From NCBI RefSeq assembly GCF_006345805.1, contig NC_042997.1, positions 121,892,001-121,956,000 on the forward strand: DNA of 64,000 bases. The letters run 5' to 3'. This DNA is from Octopus sinensis (Eukaryota). How positions within the stretch are numbered: position 1 is the stretch's first letter; each line of letters opens with the position of its first letter. A program made the position numbers and the translations under genes. The notes below the pieces were generated by a model. It was given only the letters and a program-made list of their open reading frames with translations, was not told where the DNA came from and did no database searches. Below, one piece after another: positions 1 through 14,761 of the stretch.

Positions 1-697
1 TCAATGGGTTCCTCACAAAATTTCCGGGTCTAATCGCACGCAGAGACTGAATGTGTGCTCTTCTTTGCTGCCACGTCTCACGAATGAACCTATTTTGGAC
101 TGAATAGGGAGTGATGACGAGACATGTGTTGTCTATAAAATTGTCTTGCACCGAAGACAGTGGGTAGAGAATGGAGAAGCACTGGCACCACAGGCTAAAG
201 AAGGTCTTCACCCACGTAAGTTGTTGTTATCTGTTTAGTGGGATATGAAAGGTTTAGTCCCCTTGAGCGACTTAAGTCAGTGCTAGAAGAAAAACGACGA
301 GCTTTTGTTTCAAGACGAAAACTGTTCTTCCATCAGGATAATGCTCGACCACATATAGCGAGGACGACATTCCAAAAAGTTTGAATGGAAAACCATATTC
401 GCCGAACATTGCGAACATTGCCGCAGCTGTTTATCATTTATTTCGCAATCTTCAAAATCATTTGGACGAAAAAATACGAATTCTGTAGAGGAGGTCTGAA
501 CAGTACTGCAAGAGCATTTTTGTCACGGAAAAGTGAATTTTGGAAGAGACGCCTTGCAACTCTACCAGATAGATAGAAGAACATTGTAGAAAATGAAAGA
601 TAGTATATCTTGGATTAAAAAGGAAATTTGTTTATCGCAATTTTGAAACATAAAAGAAGTATGAAAAACAAAAACGAATTATTTATGGGACGACCTA

Positions 698-700
<3 letters not shown>
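1..700 (+). mobile_element. Mariner (Tc1/mariner) transposon, 3' part, decayed transposase plus right TIR
   Basis: Manual translation gives WVPHK at nt 5, ...LD*IGSDDET, ...LHPRKLLLSV*WDMKG, ...FHQDNARPH and ...YHLFRNLQNHL, which are degenerate mariner WVPHEL, TGDEKW, HDNARPH and YSPDLAPSDYHLF motifs. There are stops and an internal deletion near nt 260. The element ends at TTTATGGGACGACCTAATA (682-700, mariner-like TIR), followed by TA. Confidence 0.9.
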
Positions 701-729
<29 letters not shown>

Positions 730-3593
730 GCGTGTGTATATATATATATATATCGAAGGGAAGGAAGAGAGAGGGAAATTTATCCTTTATGTTCCTTAGA
801 AGCCTAGATTCAGTAGACTTTTGTGACAGTTCGTAATATATTTCCATTCATACACTGGTATCATTTCACAGGGAACTATATTGCTAATTAAGAGGTCGCA
901 AAGCAAATTATATCAAAATCGATGCCAGGGTAATGATTTTATTTTTGTCATTGACCTCGAATACATATAAATTAAAGTGAATCCCATCTTAATTTCGTCT
1001 CAGAATATAAAGTGATATAACTATACTGTAGCCTATTTGCTCTAGTTTACTTACTGTTTATTCCACTACTATATCTCATCTATTATTAATAATCCACACA
1101 TTATATGTCTTAATCTATTCTCTGTTCCTCAAATTTAATATACGTTTCCTATTATTGATTATATGTATTGTCTTCTAGGTATTGTATTATGTCTTTATTA
1201 GATCCTTGTATCACAATCTCGGAATAATTACCTATGAAATTATATCAGACAATAGAATGAAATCCGAGATATATTGATTTTCGTCCCTTATGTATCTACA
1301 CATTCCATATACACGTAAGTAAAAATACAGGGAAATATGATAATATTAATTCCTCACAGTAGCAAAATACCCCGAATATTCATAACATGTCCGTTGATTT
1401 CAACGCTCATCTACGTTAATTTTATTTACTCACAATTTCAAACGTTTGATATTAGTTATTTCCGTTATTACTTGCTTTCAGAATTTAATCCTCTTGATAC
1501 CGTGCTTTTATATACTAATTGCATGGATAATCGTAGATATTCAAGTCATTATGTTACGTAGGTCAACTTCTATTGTAGAATGGTGAAACTGAAGTATTTG
1601 AAGAAAAATTAGTGAAGAATGCTGGAGTAAGGAATGATTAAAGGTATAACAAAATGCACTCCGTTGAAGTGGAGTGCATTTTGTAGCATTCTTTGGAACC
1701 AGGTCATCCAATGATCTGAATATAACTTATGTATCCCTCCCTTTTTCTCTTCTCTATTATTCGAGAGGTTGACTAAGCCACAAAAGAATGTTTCTCTTCT
1801 CTGTATTTCTGATATTGTTGATTAACTAGAAGTCATCTCTGAAAAATCAGATATATGAATTTATCTGCAATTCTAGGATGTCTGCGAATCTGACTCACAG
1901 ATATATGGGAGATAATATTGATTCTGACGGTATTTCCCCACCGAAGGTAAACAGATTGTATATTATTTGCTACATTTCATCGACGTCTGCTAATCTATCA
2001 CTCTTAACGTGTATGTGAGTTTGTGTACATATATGTTTTCCGGTATTATAAGATTTGCTCCAGTTATCAATGATCTCAGAAGTATTTACCAGCCTTCATT
2101 GATTAAGCTTCCTTGTGAGGTCTCTTTCTGCTCCTACCTATTCTGCTAATAGCTATAAGGATAAAGATTTTTCTTCTGCTGACTAACATATGGTACAAAT
2201 GCAAGACAGTTTAGTTACTATACCTATCCTGCAGGCGTTCGGCTTTGAAGCTTAACATTCGTAAACCTATTTCAAAGAGAATATTAACTGTTATAAACTA
2301 ACAGTTGTTCTTGACAGACTGAATTAATCAGATTTATATGTATGATTTCTTATGTAAACACAAAATCTTTCAACTGAAACTTCACAACCGGTGACTTCAA
2401 TTCATTTACATAATGCGAAATTACATATTTAATTAGAGCTATACATTTTGTTCTTCGTCACATTTTAATATATTGCCATTTGGTAGCATTTGTTCCTACC
2501 CTTTGAAACTTTACCTTCATGCTATTTTACCTGAAGTATCTTTTATCTACAGATTGATATATTGGCACCAGTTATCTCTAGAAATATTTTGTATGCCTAA
2601 TATTAAGTTTACATTCGCATTCTTTCTAATTACTTTAACCGTAGAGAAAACTATTGCTTACAATTATACATAAAATGTATAGTTTTAATGAACCAATTAA
2701 AAGAAGAATATATTAATATTCTACATTATATTATCAGAATGTTTCCAAGAGTTCTGTAGCATATAAATAGTACAAAACTATAAGGTTGGAAGAGCAATTT
2801 TGGAAGTCCTCAATGTGAAACCAACACGAAAATATACCTATTTTAACTGTGTAATAGATCGTATTAACAAATCCTTCGTATAAACTAATGAATTGTTACT
2901 GTCGCATATACAATATATGAAAACAACTGAAGAATATTCTTTAAACCTTTACCATTCAGATTATTCTGTCAAATATACAGCTTATTCTAGGTTTTCATGA
3001 TGTGACTGTTAGAAAGACATTGTAGGATAAGTATGAGAGACTGGATCCTGTTGTAATGAACATAAGACAGTTTGAATGATAAAGGTTTAAAATTCCTACT
3101 AGGTATTTAGTAAGTCTCTTTTAAAATAATACTCGTATTCAGATCAACAACACAGCACGCTCTTACGATTCTTTTCTGATTTATAATATTCTCAGCGGCT
3201 TATTATCATCTCAAGGTTAATTCTTGATAATACAACAATGTTTTTTTTTAATTTCATTTCATAGAAAAGCTAGCACGTTCCCTTTCTCTGTCTGTTTCTG
3301 TCACTCCCTTCCTCTCTATGTATGTACACACACAAATAGCATTTACATTTCTCTATCACCAGAACTATACATATTTAAAGCCCATTCTTTATAGAATTCA
3401 CCTTGTCAGATATTAAAATGATTACTTCAAAGACAGGGAAAAGGTATTTTCAATATTTGAATAAATGAATAAAAATATAACATTTTGTAATTTATAATAT
3501 CCTTGGTGATATTATAGGAAATATGCCTTATTCATTCTTGCAGAACATTAAAATATTTTTAGAAATGTTCAATATAGTGAACAGAACTTTTCC

Positions 3594-3658
<65 letters not shown>

Positions 3659-3690
3659 TTTTCTTCTTTCCTTCCTTCCTTCCTTCCTTC
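3594..3690. repeat. (TTTC)n/(TTCC)n pyrimidine microsatellite
   Basis: Directly visible. It explains the poly-FLSF ORF 3523..3744. Confidence 0.95.
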
Positions 3691-5949
3691 TTTCGTTTTA
3701 GCAATATTCAAATGGTTTACTACAATTGTGGTAAAAATAATTAGAAATTGAGAACAGAACCAGAGTAAATATGTTTGCTCGCTTTAGTCATTTATGATAT
3801 CCAATGCGTTGTAGATTTAGTATTGTTTTAATTACAGGAATTATTTCGAATTTCTTCCATTTCTAACATATTGGTAAGTTATTCTTTCTGAAGAGCATCA
3901 CACATCAATAATCTAAATCGTTTCTATTTCAGGATTTACTTTGATCCCAAAGCCAATAAAATTTAATAAGGGCCTCTAATTACTACTTTTTTTCTTAAAA
4001 AAAAAAATCAAGTGGACTTTCAAGATATTGATTATCTGATGATAATTAGAAGCATTGATTCCAAACAACAATGCATATATAAACAATAGATTCAGAACAG
4101 AATTACAATCAGAGTAGACTGTGAATCACGTGTCTGCATAAAATATAGAATAATGATTTCCAGGGATAATGAAAATAAAATAAAATCTGAAGCCAATGCA
4201 ACTAATTACGTTATGAATGAACTTAAAAAATATAAGGTCACAAAAAATATTTCTCATTGAAAATTCAATTAGAAGTTGTGGAATATGTTTAATCTATCTA
4301 CAATAGTTAGATATTTAACTTGAAGATAAGTTCTATACATTTGGAGTATTATTATTTAGTGTTATCATTGAGTGAAGAGCAGTACCCGCATGGTATTTTT
4401 GAGGATCACTTCAGTTTTGGTAAAGTGATTATGTGGGAAAGATTTTTGGAGGGTTATTCTTCTGGTCAAGAAATATTGAGAAAGTATAGGTTTGGAAGTT
4501 TAATGATGAAAAATGAAAAAAAGTTGCTCTTGGGGTGGGCTTCATTGAATATGATACACAACCTATAAGTTTGAAATAAACATTGCAATAGGGGCAGAGA
4601 CATGTCGGTGAATCCGTGATCTCAGGTGGAAAGTTTATTGAACGACGAAGGTTTTTTCACTCAGCCGAATTCTATAGACAACTTCATCTAGCATCTATAA
4701 ATCTTAATACGTTTTCTTGTGAGCGAAAAACAATCAAAATTTAAGTATCTTCTGATTAGAGGAAGTGAAACCTGTATGAGTTATAATGAAAAAAAACGGA
4801 AATGTGGATATGTTGTCCACAGCGTTGGCAAATATTATTTAGCAGTGACATAAATTAGTTTCTCGTTTAGCAGTAGAATAAATTGGTTTGACTTAAGAAG
4901 CAGAAATCATCATATTTTTTGGTCATGACTGTTGCCTACATCACTTTGAACTAAAAGTATTGTCCCAAACACTAGATTTTTCATCTTCCTCGCAGTAAAC
5001 CAATTTATTATACATGCGTGAATCAATTTTCAAACTGTTGTTCTTTTCTTTTATCAATCTGCCTTGAGAGATTGTAAGGCCTTCGGTTTACAACGAATTT
5101 TCTGTTTTTAAATGAAAATAAGTTTAGTAATTCACATCCAACTCTAACCATCAAAACAATACAGAATAATGATGTCTCACATTGGAACGAAGCCATATGT
5201 TTGTAGAAAATTGAGCTTGCAAATTGTTAACACTCATGTCACAGAAATAATATAGAGACTGACGTTGTACTAATTCTACTACTTCAACTTCAAGTGAAAT
5301 GTAATGCAATTAATTTAAATGAATTTGCATAAGGATTTATTGCATTGCGTAAGATGTCACAAACTTGTTTCAGAGTTGTACCGTCGATTAAATTGCGAAA
5401 CCCAGAACATGTCAAGTGTTTCATTTATCGACTACAGGAACATGAATAGGAAAACTGACTACATAGAACTTCATATTGAACAGATAGTCGTAACTACATA
5501 CGCACTCAATGCATTGAAAACGGAGCACTACCGATTCGGCAACTACACTATAATATAACAATTAAGTGAATTTATATAATTGCTTGTTATAAAGTTTGCC
5601 TGTGGGATATTTCTATAACTTCATAAAGCATCAAAACTCCAAAGACTTTTGCATACGAACATTATATGAACATTTTACCCATGAAAATGTTTTGCATATT
5701 TTTAGACTAATTAATATTTGATTCTTCCTGAATAATAACAGTTACTCTCAGTGGAGTTATGACAGTGAATTACGTGATAATATATTATATCAAATGCATT
5801 TTCCTAAATATAATTTCCTTTTTATAGTCGAAGCTAATTGGAAAGAGAGAAAAATGTATATTATCGGTATTAGTGTTACCGAGATGTAATGAATAAATGT
5901 AAGAGTTGCCTCTTTCGGGACTTGAAATCAGAAACTAAAAGTTTATTGC

Positions 5950-7200
5950 TTCTTTTTATGACTTGTCTGGAGGGGCGGTTGCAATCATGACCTTCAGTAA
6001 TTTTGCGGTGTTGATGAGATCGCTGAAGTTGTGTTCATTTTGAAATCTGTAAATATAGGTGGCGAGAGAACTCTGGAGGGGTGACATTCTGCAGAAAAGC
6101 TTTGGTTGTACGAGTAACATGGGAAGAGAGACGAGTGTGTTGTGTGCAGATGAGAAGTGTATAATTAGCCCTGATGAGTTTGCACTTGCGTTTTGTTTAA
6201 TAGCAATGAGAGTTGGTTGATTTCTCAGGACGCGCTTACTAAATTTGATTTCGCTGACATTCAAGACGTACAGGTATCAATTATCTACTTAGTTCTGTAA
6301 AGTGGAACGAGAGTAAAGCTTAGGAAGTTAAGAGATTGGGCGTCTGGTGGAGTGAAGTGGAAATCATTTGTAGAAGCTTTCCATGGTATATATAGTGAAA
6401 AACGATAATGTGTGAAGAAAAGCTTTACGCACATATATAGCTTACGGAACTGCTATGGTTAGAAATACCAGAGTAAACATTACTGGGTAGAGATCGTTTT
6501 CATATGTCTCCCAAAAATAAGCTGTGAGAAAACTTCGGCACTAAAAGCACAAAATTTAAGTTTTTGTTTCCGATGGTCACATTGTTAGTGTCTTCTCTTG
6601 TTTTCAACATGGCTGTCAAACTAGCATGTGTGGGTCATTTCTCCAGTCGTTATTGACTGTGTTCTTCGATTGTGGTACTGTAATGAAGCTACGAGTGAAC
6701 TATTGTTCACTCGTAGCTTCATTATGGAGTTCGTATTTATGTGCTTTGTTTGTGTAGGATGTGGACGGGAATGCTGAAGTGGACGGTTGCATCGCTGTTT
6801 AAAAGGCAAGGATGGGTTGCAAGTTAGCGTTAGACAGACGGAGATTTAGTTGGGGCGAGTGCTAGATAGTTTTATCGGTAGATAGGATTAAGTACTGATC
6901 CGAATCTAAGAGGACCATAGTTGGGAATTCGTATAAGCCTGTTTTAAAGACAATAAAAATACAAAGAGTGTTCAAAGCGTCAGTCTATGAGGATTAGTGC
7001 GGTGACACTAGTAAATGTGGAGAAATTATGATTGTATAATTTCCCCTATTTGCTCCATAAGCGTCGGTGTAGGGGGAATGAGTAAGCCAAGAACATTTGT
7101 GAATAATGGAATTATCAAAGCAGTAGAGACATGACCTGGATGAAGTTAGGTGGATTGTGGTGATAATGATACCGCAGAATATATGCATTGCACCATCTCT
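5950..7200 (-). mobile_element. Possible highly decayed L1/Tx1-type LINE ORF2 remnant
   Basis: Strand-skewed composition (GA/GT-rich on +). The minus-strand peptide near 7130-7010, STALIIPLFTNVLGLLIPPTPTLMEQIGEIIQS*FLH, loosely resembles the post-RT region of L1/Tx1 ORF2. Weak similarity judged by eye. Confidence 0.3.
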
Positions 7201-9077
7201 GTGTTCTACCTAATTACCTGTTATAGACCTTTGTTCTTTTGTTGTTGGCAGGAATTGTCCGTCAGTGAGGAATCAGAAGCATGATCAATAATCGCAATCT
7301 AATCAAGCACTTGTTTACGGAGCAGATAAATGAATTTATAGATGTAAATAAAAGTGTGACTAATGAATGCAACGTGTGTAGTGGATTTGAACGTAAAAGC
7401 TATTAGTCGGGGGGATCAGTACTTAATCTATTCATGTATTTCGCCTTTAATGCTGTAATGAATGAATATGCAAAAGCACATGCCTATACCATATGCCAGT
7501 TCATTTATATGCAGCAATGGCATCGAATAGACATTTACTGTCTTTAAAGAATGCAATGCATGAATAGATTTCAACTAACTGAATTTCGTTTAAAAAATAT
7601 TTCTGCTAAGTGCTAGCTACTCGGGACAAAATATTTAAAATTAAATTAAGCTATATATAACATCTTGTTACGAAACAGAACAAGATGGAAAAACTTCTTC
7701 AATATTGATTTTTCTTAAGATAAAAATAAAGATAGAATTATATAACAAAATGTATTGTTCTATATTCTGTTATACAAATGGAATCGATTGCTTTTCGCGG
7801 TTTAGAAAATATTTCTATACTTTTTCTATCTCTTTTGTGTTAAGTTGTCCTAGACAATATCTGCATGCTTCCGAATCACTTATTTCATCCAAAATGTTCT
7901 TTCAATAATCTTACTAATAATTTATATGCCATTCTTTCAAAGCCAATGCAAACACGTCATGTTCTTCATACCTCAGCTAGCTTACACACGAAAAGGAAAT
8001 GCAGAATATTTATTTGTTTCTCTATGATTTTATATAAAAAACAATAATGAAACAGGAAGAAGAATATAGCAAATTATACAATAGCGACATGGAAAGGAAA
8101 CGACAAAAAGATTTTAATAACGGAAAATACCATGAATTAATTTGAATAAAATATTATTCAAAATACAACATACGTAACAATCCTTTGAATGTCAGTATTG
8201 TGACACGAAACGCAAAATCCAAGTTTTAGCAAGTGCAAATTCTTATGCTTTAATAAATCATCATCTGAGTCCTTTCAGTTCAAATCCTGATCCTCTCAGC
8301 GCATGGACCTTTTTTCTTTAACAGTAATTCATTTTGAAATGTGCAAATTATACAAATTATAAAGCCTTCTGTAATGTACCTGAACAAACCCCATCTAATT
8401 TCTATAGAAGTCGTGTTGAATATAATAATATATTAACCAATGTCATCTAAGATGTTATATTTTTGAAAGAATGTAAAATGCAACCAAAGAAAATCTGGTA
8501 GCTATTTATAGTAGTTTGAACAATTATAAAGCAGCTTCCTTAATTTTGCGAAGGAATTTTATTATTATTTACTGGTTCGAAGAGCATTGTTTATGTATAA
8601 GAATTATGAAAATATTACATGACAAAGACTCCAAAGTTTTGACTTCATCACTCTAACCACATTATTTCTGTAGAGGAAACAGCTGTTTCCAGTTGAATAA
8701 TTCATATAATGTTCATGCAATAGTTCACAAAGAAATGCAGTTAGGTAGAAGTTTAGGCTGGTCACGTCTTTACTGTTGTTAGTTAGAGTCTTGTTTTCTT
8801 TCTCTTTCCTTGTACTAAAAACAAGAAATACATTAAATACAAGTAAAGAAATTAGCATCATCCTAAACTTAACACCTGCCGACATTCTTTTGGGAAATAG
8901 ATTGGACAAACCTAGTTATTAAAGGCTTAAATACTGAATGTTGTTCCTTTGGCATTTCATCCGTCAAAATCCAATAATACTAAAATCAACAAAGATATTA
9001 TCACATCTACTGCCAACATAACAATGAGAAACACCTTGTTTACAAAGTTCTACGTGCATAACTATATTCTAATCGAT

Positions 9078-9452
9078 AGGCGTAGGAGTGGCTGTGTGGT
9101 AAGTAGATTGCTTACCAACCACATGGTTCCGGGTTCAGTCCCACTGCGTAGCACCTTGGGCAAGTGTCTTCTACTATAGACTCGGGCTGACTAAAGCCTT
9201 GTGTGTAGATTTGGTAGACGGAAACTGAAAGAAGATCGTCGTATATATGTGTGTGTGTGTGTGTTCCCTCAACATGGCTTGACAACCGATGCTGGCGTGT
9301 TTACGTCCCTGTGACTTAGCGGTTCGTTAAAAGATTCCTATAGAATAAGTACTAGGCTTAAAAAGAATAAGTCCCGGGGTCGATTTGCTCGACTAGAGGC
9401 GGTGCTCTAGCATGGCCGCAGTCAAATGACTGAAACAAGTAAAAGAGTAAAG
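9078..9452 (+). mobile_element. SINE family A (tRNA-derived head, CCTTGGGCAAG core, internal TA/TG tract, AAGTAAAAGAG tail)
   Basis: Head GGCGTAGGAGTGGCTGTGTGGTAAG...GGTTCAGTCCC carries A/B-box-like motifs. The same sequence recurs 8 times in the window. Confidence 0.9.
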
Positions 9453-10085
9453 ACTAATATCATATCCCCAAATGTAATCAACTGAAAATCTTCCAAACAC
9501 CTTTCTATAACAACCGGATAACGGAATTACCACCCTTAAACCCTCAGACACAAAGATGATTTTAACTCAACGGAGACTATATAAAGGTAAGCCTAACTAT
9601 AATGCATCGCACTCCGGTGATGACGTATTTGGCCAAAACTTCAAAGTCACTGTCAACATTCTTGTATAAAGAATAATAAAGTTGTACTCTAAAAAAGAAT
9701 ATTGTAAGCCATCAGATTCACGAAGAATGGTTTTTATTATAACTAAATATAAAAATAAACTTGAGCATATTTGCATGTATGTACGTGTGTATGTGTGTGT
9801 GAGTGTGTGTGCTTGTGTGCGTGAGTTTGTGTGTATGTAAGTGATGGGGTGCGCGCGCAAGAGATGAGTGAATCTAGTCATGTATATAAAAATGCATTCT
9901 CCTACATCTGTTTATCGAGATGGCGTACCAAATTCAGTAATCTCGCAATGATGTGATAACTGAATATTTATATTTATTTTTAGATTTGATGAAAAAAGCA
10001 GCAGACGCGAAGCATATTAGCTGTTAATGATCTATATGTGTATGTGTGTGTTTGTGTTCACAAACACAGGGTGTATATATATATA

Positions 10086-10122
<37 letters not shown>

Positions 10123-10286
10123 GATAATTCACAAAAAATTAAAAAGACGAAGACAGGTGGTTAGACAACAAACAGATGTATTAGTATAACGCTCGGGAAG
10201 TTTAAAAGTCTTTAAAGTTTCGAGCCTACGCTCTTCCACAGAAAAAGCAAGGAGAGAAAATACAGAATGTGTAGTAGCTAGCGATC

Positions 10287-10368
<82 letters not shown>

Positions 10369-10795
10369 ATATATATAAATATATACGACACACTATCTTC
10401 GCCATTACATTTTCGAAAAAGAAGTTCAGTGTACCCCACTCAGCTCAAAGCAATATCTGCGTACCAATGGTTTCTGGGTTATTTCCACCATCAGCACAGA
10501 ATAACTGCTCGGCTAGAGATGGCGCCACTAAACTTTTCAAAGTGATACACATTCACTGATCTAATAAACAGAAAATTATTATTTCTAAATCTCTAAACAA
10601 GAGACATTCAGTAACAGTACTCTAGAGAAAAGATTATTTGCCATCATAATGTGGCAGCCCTGGTTAGGACGATTGTTACTATTATTTAGCCAGCTGGAGA
10701 CGATGTTTCTTGGGGCTAAATAACAGTAACAATTACCCTAACCAGGACTGCCACATTATGTTGGCAAATAATCTTTACTCTCCCGCTGTCTCTCC

Positions 10796-10907
<112 letters not shown>

Positions 10908-10946
10908 TATTATTATTATATTATTATTATTATTATTATTATTATT

Positions 10947-11480
10947 GAGAGAGCAGTGCATGCCATCAAAGTGACACTGGGATAAAATATACGAAGCCCA
11001 CTATACCCATCATGACTACCCGTCTGATAAGGGTACGCTAGGCACATGCATCACAACCATATGTGCGCAACATGGTGATCTCATATCAAGATACACAGCA
11101 CATGACTTTGCAGGTGGGGCCCAGTTAGAATTTTCTTCTGGTCGAATAACCCTTCACTCTCAAAAGCTCTCTGAATAAGGGTTGTTTAAGGATGTTGAAC
11201 GAAACACCCATGTTTCCAGAGGTTAATCATTTAAACCCCAAAGAATCCCTCTCAACACATGGCTATGATGCTCCCCCACTACTTCTGCTCGTGATCAGAG
11301 AAGCTAATATTGTCAGCCACTAAGGGACATGGTCAAGTAGTTAATGTCAAACAACTGAGAAGCGAATCTGTAGTATTGAGCAGAATATGTGTTGTAGCCC
11401 ATCTTTTATACCAAGACAAAACAAATGTACAGAAAAGATGAGAAGCCATGAGAGCCACTGCCTGGTACTGCATCAGGGCA
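10947..11480 (-). mobile_element. Interspersed repeat embedded in (ATT)n, probably a non-LTR 3' end
   Basis: Clearly homologous to 19891-20427. It is flanked on both sides by (ATT)n tracts (10905-10946 and 11481-11503). Confidence 0.7.
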
Positions 11481-12659
11481 TTTATTATTATTATTATTAT
11501 TATCAAAAATAATTTGCACCTGAGTCTATAGTCATCCGTCAAAATGCCCAGTTAATGTACCTATGGCAGGGGAAATAAATTTAAGGACTTCTAACAGGAA
11601 TAAGTGGAAAATCGAACAGAAATGGAAATAGCGGATAGCAGCTGAGACGTCTGGTAAGCATCTGTCCATATAAAAGTATATAACCAATTGTAGATTTGAG
11701 TATTGCAAGTGAAATACCAAAGTCAACAACCTTATTGTCGGTGTCACTGACATCGGGTCAATAAGATAGTGCTTTGAGAATTTGTCTAACTCTGTTTCGC
11801 ATGTTTATCCATGCGTTTTTAAAAGCTTATTAATATATTAGTAGTGACACATGCCCATAACCTCACCGTACAAAATAAACACAAAACAGATACATCATTG
11901 TATATCCGGTGTTATTTGCACAAATTTATTATCAGCAAAAATTAAATATAGTCCCTTAGAAATTGTATTTTAGAATCATCACAGCAAAGTGCTGTAATGA
12001 TTCTGAAATACAGCACATAAAACACTAACGGTATAGATTTTTTCTACACCTCTGTACATAGATACGCACACATACACACACATATTTCTAGTTAGTAGAA
12101 TTGACGTCAAAGTCATCGGTACCGATGTCTTCTTCTATATAAGTGCTTACACTTCCCAGTTATCCAAGAGAATTTCAAATCATTATTCATCATTTAGGGA
12201 TAGTAAAAAACGACATAGTACAGGCCTAAGTAAATTAGTTTGGCGTCTTAAAGACAATAATATAGATTTTAAGTTAGATTTGTTCATACTGTCTGTATCC
12301 TTTCCTTTTGATAAGGACAGGAGATTTTGTAACACTTGCAACTCTGAACTCTTCCATATTCTCTTCTCTAAGGTTCCCCTTGTAAACACACTCATAGAAA
12401 AATCGTACAAATGTAAACACTGGCAGAAACATACTTTCTACTCATATAAATGATAACGATAGTCACTGTGGTTTGAACAATTAGCTTAACGTGCACTCCA
12501 CTTCAATAGCGAAATTCTTTCCTAAGCCTTTGAACATTCTTTTAATCAACTTACCCCTCCCTCTCTATTTGTTCCCTACTTATTATTCCTTTAACCCTTC
12601 TCTTCCTACTATCTAACTTTGACGTGTGTGTGTTTGGTATACGTCTATCTCTCCCTCTC

Positions 12660-12690
<31 letters not shown>

Positions 12691-13534
12691 GAGCTGGTCA
12701 AAGCCTTGTCACTGGACTTGTTTCACCGAAGCAGATAAAAGCCAGACATATACATGTATGTGTTTGTATGTACGAATGTGTTGACGTATGCCTGTGCGCG
12801 TATATTTGTATGTATGTTTAAGTATACATCCCCACATTTCCTCACCGTTTTTTTTCCGTTGAAGTTGTTAATCTTTTCATTGCTTTGTATTTCTTTCGTT
12901 TCTCTTTTATCTCCCTAGGGAATTCGTTGAAAAGCTATTTTCATTTAGTTTTTTCGTTTCTTTTAAATTTATTTATGGTATCCCTCGTATCTTTTTTCTC
13001 GTCTGACCTTTCGTCTGAAATTTCCAGTTAACATCTTAACCAAGGTAAATAGATGGCTCATCTACGTAGTTTGATCTTAACATGAGCCCCCTCATCCACG
13101 GAGGCCACCTGCGACCATAAGTGTCGCAGGGGCTTAGAGACGGTCCTGGATCTAGGCATCTACTAAACAAGCTACCAACACAATTTTTACAATCTGCAGA
13201 TACCTAAAATTAATTATATGTCATTTATGTCTTCCATTCATAGGAAGCCTTCTGGCGTATTTTTTAATAAGGGTTAACCAATTCTATTACAGTTATGTCC
13301 AAGTCCTGTACATACTATATTTTATTACATTGTATTCACATTGTACTCTGTTGGTCATGTAAAGCCTCAACCAATCTCTTGAGTGCTTTTCTTGCTTCAA
13401 ATTTCTGTGCGGTGTTCTCTACTTCTTACTTTTTTCATTTCTCTATGTTGATAGCAGATGGTAATTCTTTTTATCGTTCTCTCTCTCGCAGCCTGTGTTG
13501 CATTGTCACAAATGTCACTCTCCCATGTACATAT

Positions 13535-13784
13535 TTCTTACTTGTTTCTACCATTTGATTGTGGCCTTGCTGGAGCACCGCCTTTAGTCGAGCATATCGA
13601 CCCCAGGACTTAATCTTTGTAAGCCTAGTACTTATTCTATCGGCCTCTTTTACCGAACCGTTAAGTTACGGGGACGTAAACACACCAGCATCTGTTGTCA
13701 AGCGATGTTGGGGGAACAAACACAGACACACAAACATATACACACACACACATACATACATACATACATACATACATACATACA

Positions 13785-13836
<52 letters not shown>

Positions 13837-14000
13837 CGACGGGCTTCTTTCAGTTTCCGTCTACCAAATCCGCTCACAAGGCTTTGGTCGGCCTGAGGCC
13901 ATAGTAGAAGACACTTGATCAAGGTGCCACGCATGGGGACTGAACCCGGAACAATGTGGTTGGTAAGCAAGCTACTTACCTCACAGCCACTCTTACGTCT
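13535..14000 (-). mobile_element. SINE family A copy
   Basis: Reverse complement of the 9078-9452 family, with an expanded CA/TA tract. Confidence 0.9.
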
Positions 14001-14644
14001 ATATTTATACTGATACACGTTCATGCACTCAATCTGAATTTAGCTACTATTGCATCACTCACCCTTCCTCTCATATACTTTTTTCTCAACCCAGTCATAC
14101 TGCTTCTATTTCCTTTTACACACACACATACACACACATTGACACAAACACACTCATACACACACTTACCACACACACACACGATCCTCGTACATTCGAT
14201 TTATAATGCATCATAAATGTCTATGAATTCATGACAATTACAAGAGACGAAGTTCAGCAGATGAAGATATAAGTGAAATACTTACCATAGATCCGAGTAA
14301 ATAATGATATCCAAATTTATTCATGCCGACTTCACTGATCTGAAAAATAAGAAAATAGACATTTTGAGATATAGAATTATTTTTTATTAGGAATTATATT
14401 TCTTAGAGTATATTTTTTTAACTTATTCTTTTCATTGTTGCTCATGTTAGCCGTAAACTGTCACGTTTCGTTCAGCAGTAATGCATCGATATTAAAAATT
14501 GTTTTCTTTCTTAGGTTTATTTATTTATTCATTTGCTTTTTTACTACCAAAAAGTTTAGGGACAATTTAATTCTAGCGATATCCGTGTATAGTTTTCATT
14601 TAAAAGCGAAGATGAGCCCAGGCATCGATTATCCTCCTCATCAT

Positions 14645-14728
14645 CAGTAGCAGTAGGAAGAAGAAGAAGAAAAAGAAGAAGAAGAAGAAAAAGAAGAAGA
14701 AGAAGAAAAGAAGAAGAAGAAGAAGAAG

Positions 14729-14761
<33 letters not shown>

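Noticed and set aside
4030-4060. Other CTGATGA occurrences (e.g. 4036, 6172, 31284, 37075, 41492)
   Set aside because: None has a stem II closed by GAAA plus stems I and III, so they are chance 7-mers.
8674-8690. GGAAACAGCTGTTTCC palindrome resembling the M13 reverse primer or the HHR GAAAC-AGCT-GT module
   Set aside because: There is no flanking vector sequence and no upstream CTGANGA or stem II.
9078-9150. tRNA genes at SINE heads (families A and B, and 43960-44022)
   Set aside because: A/B-box-like motifs are present but no complete cloverleaf is evident. Each continues into a SINE body repeated many times.
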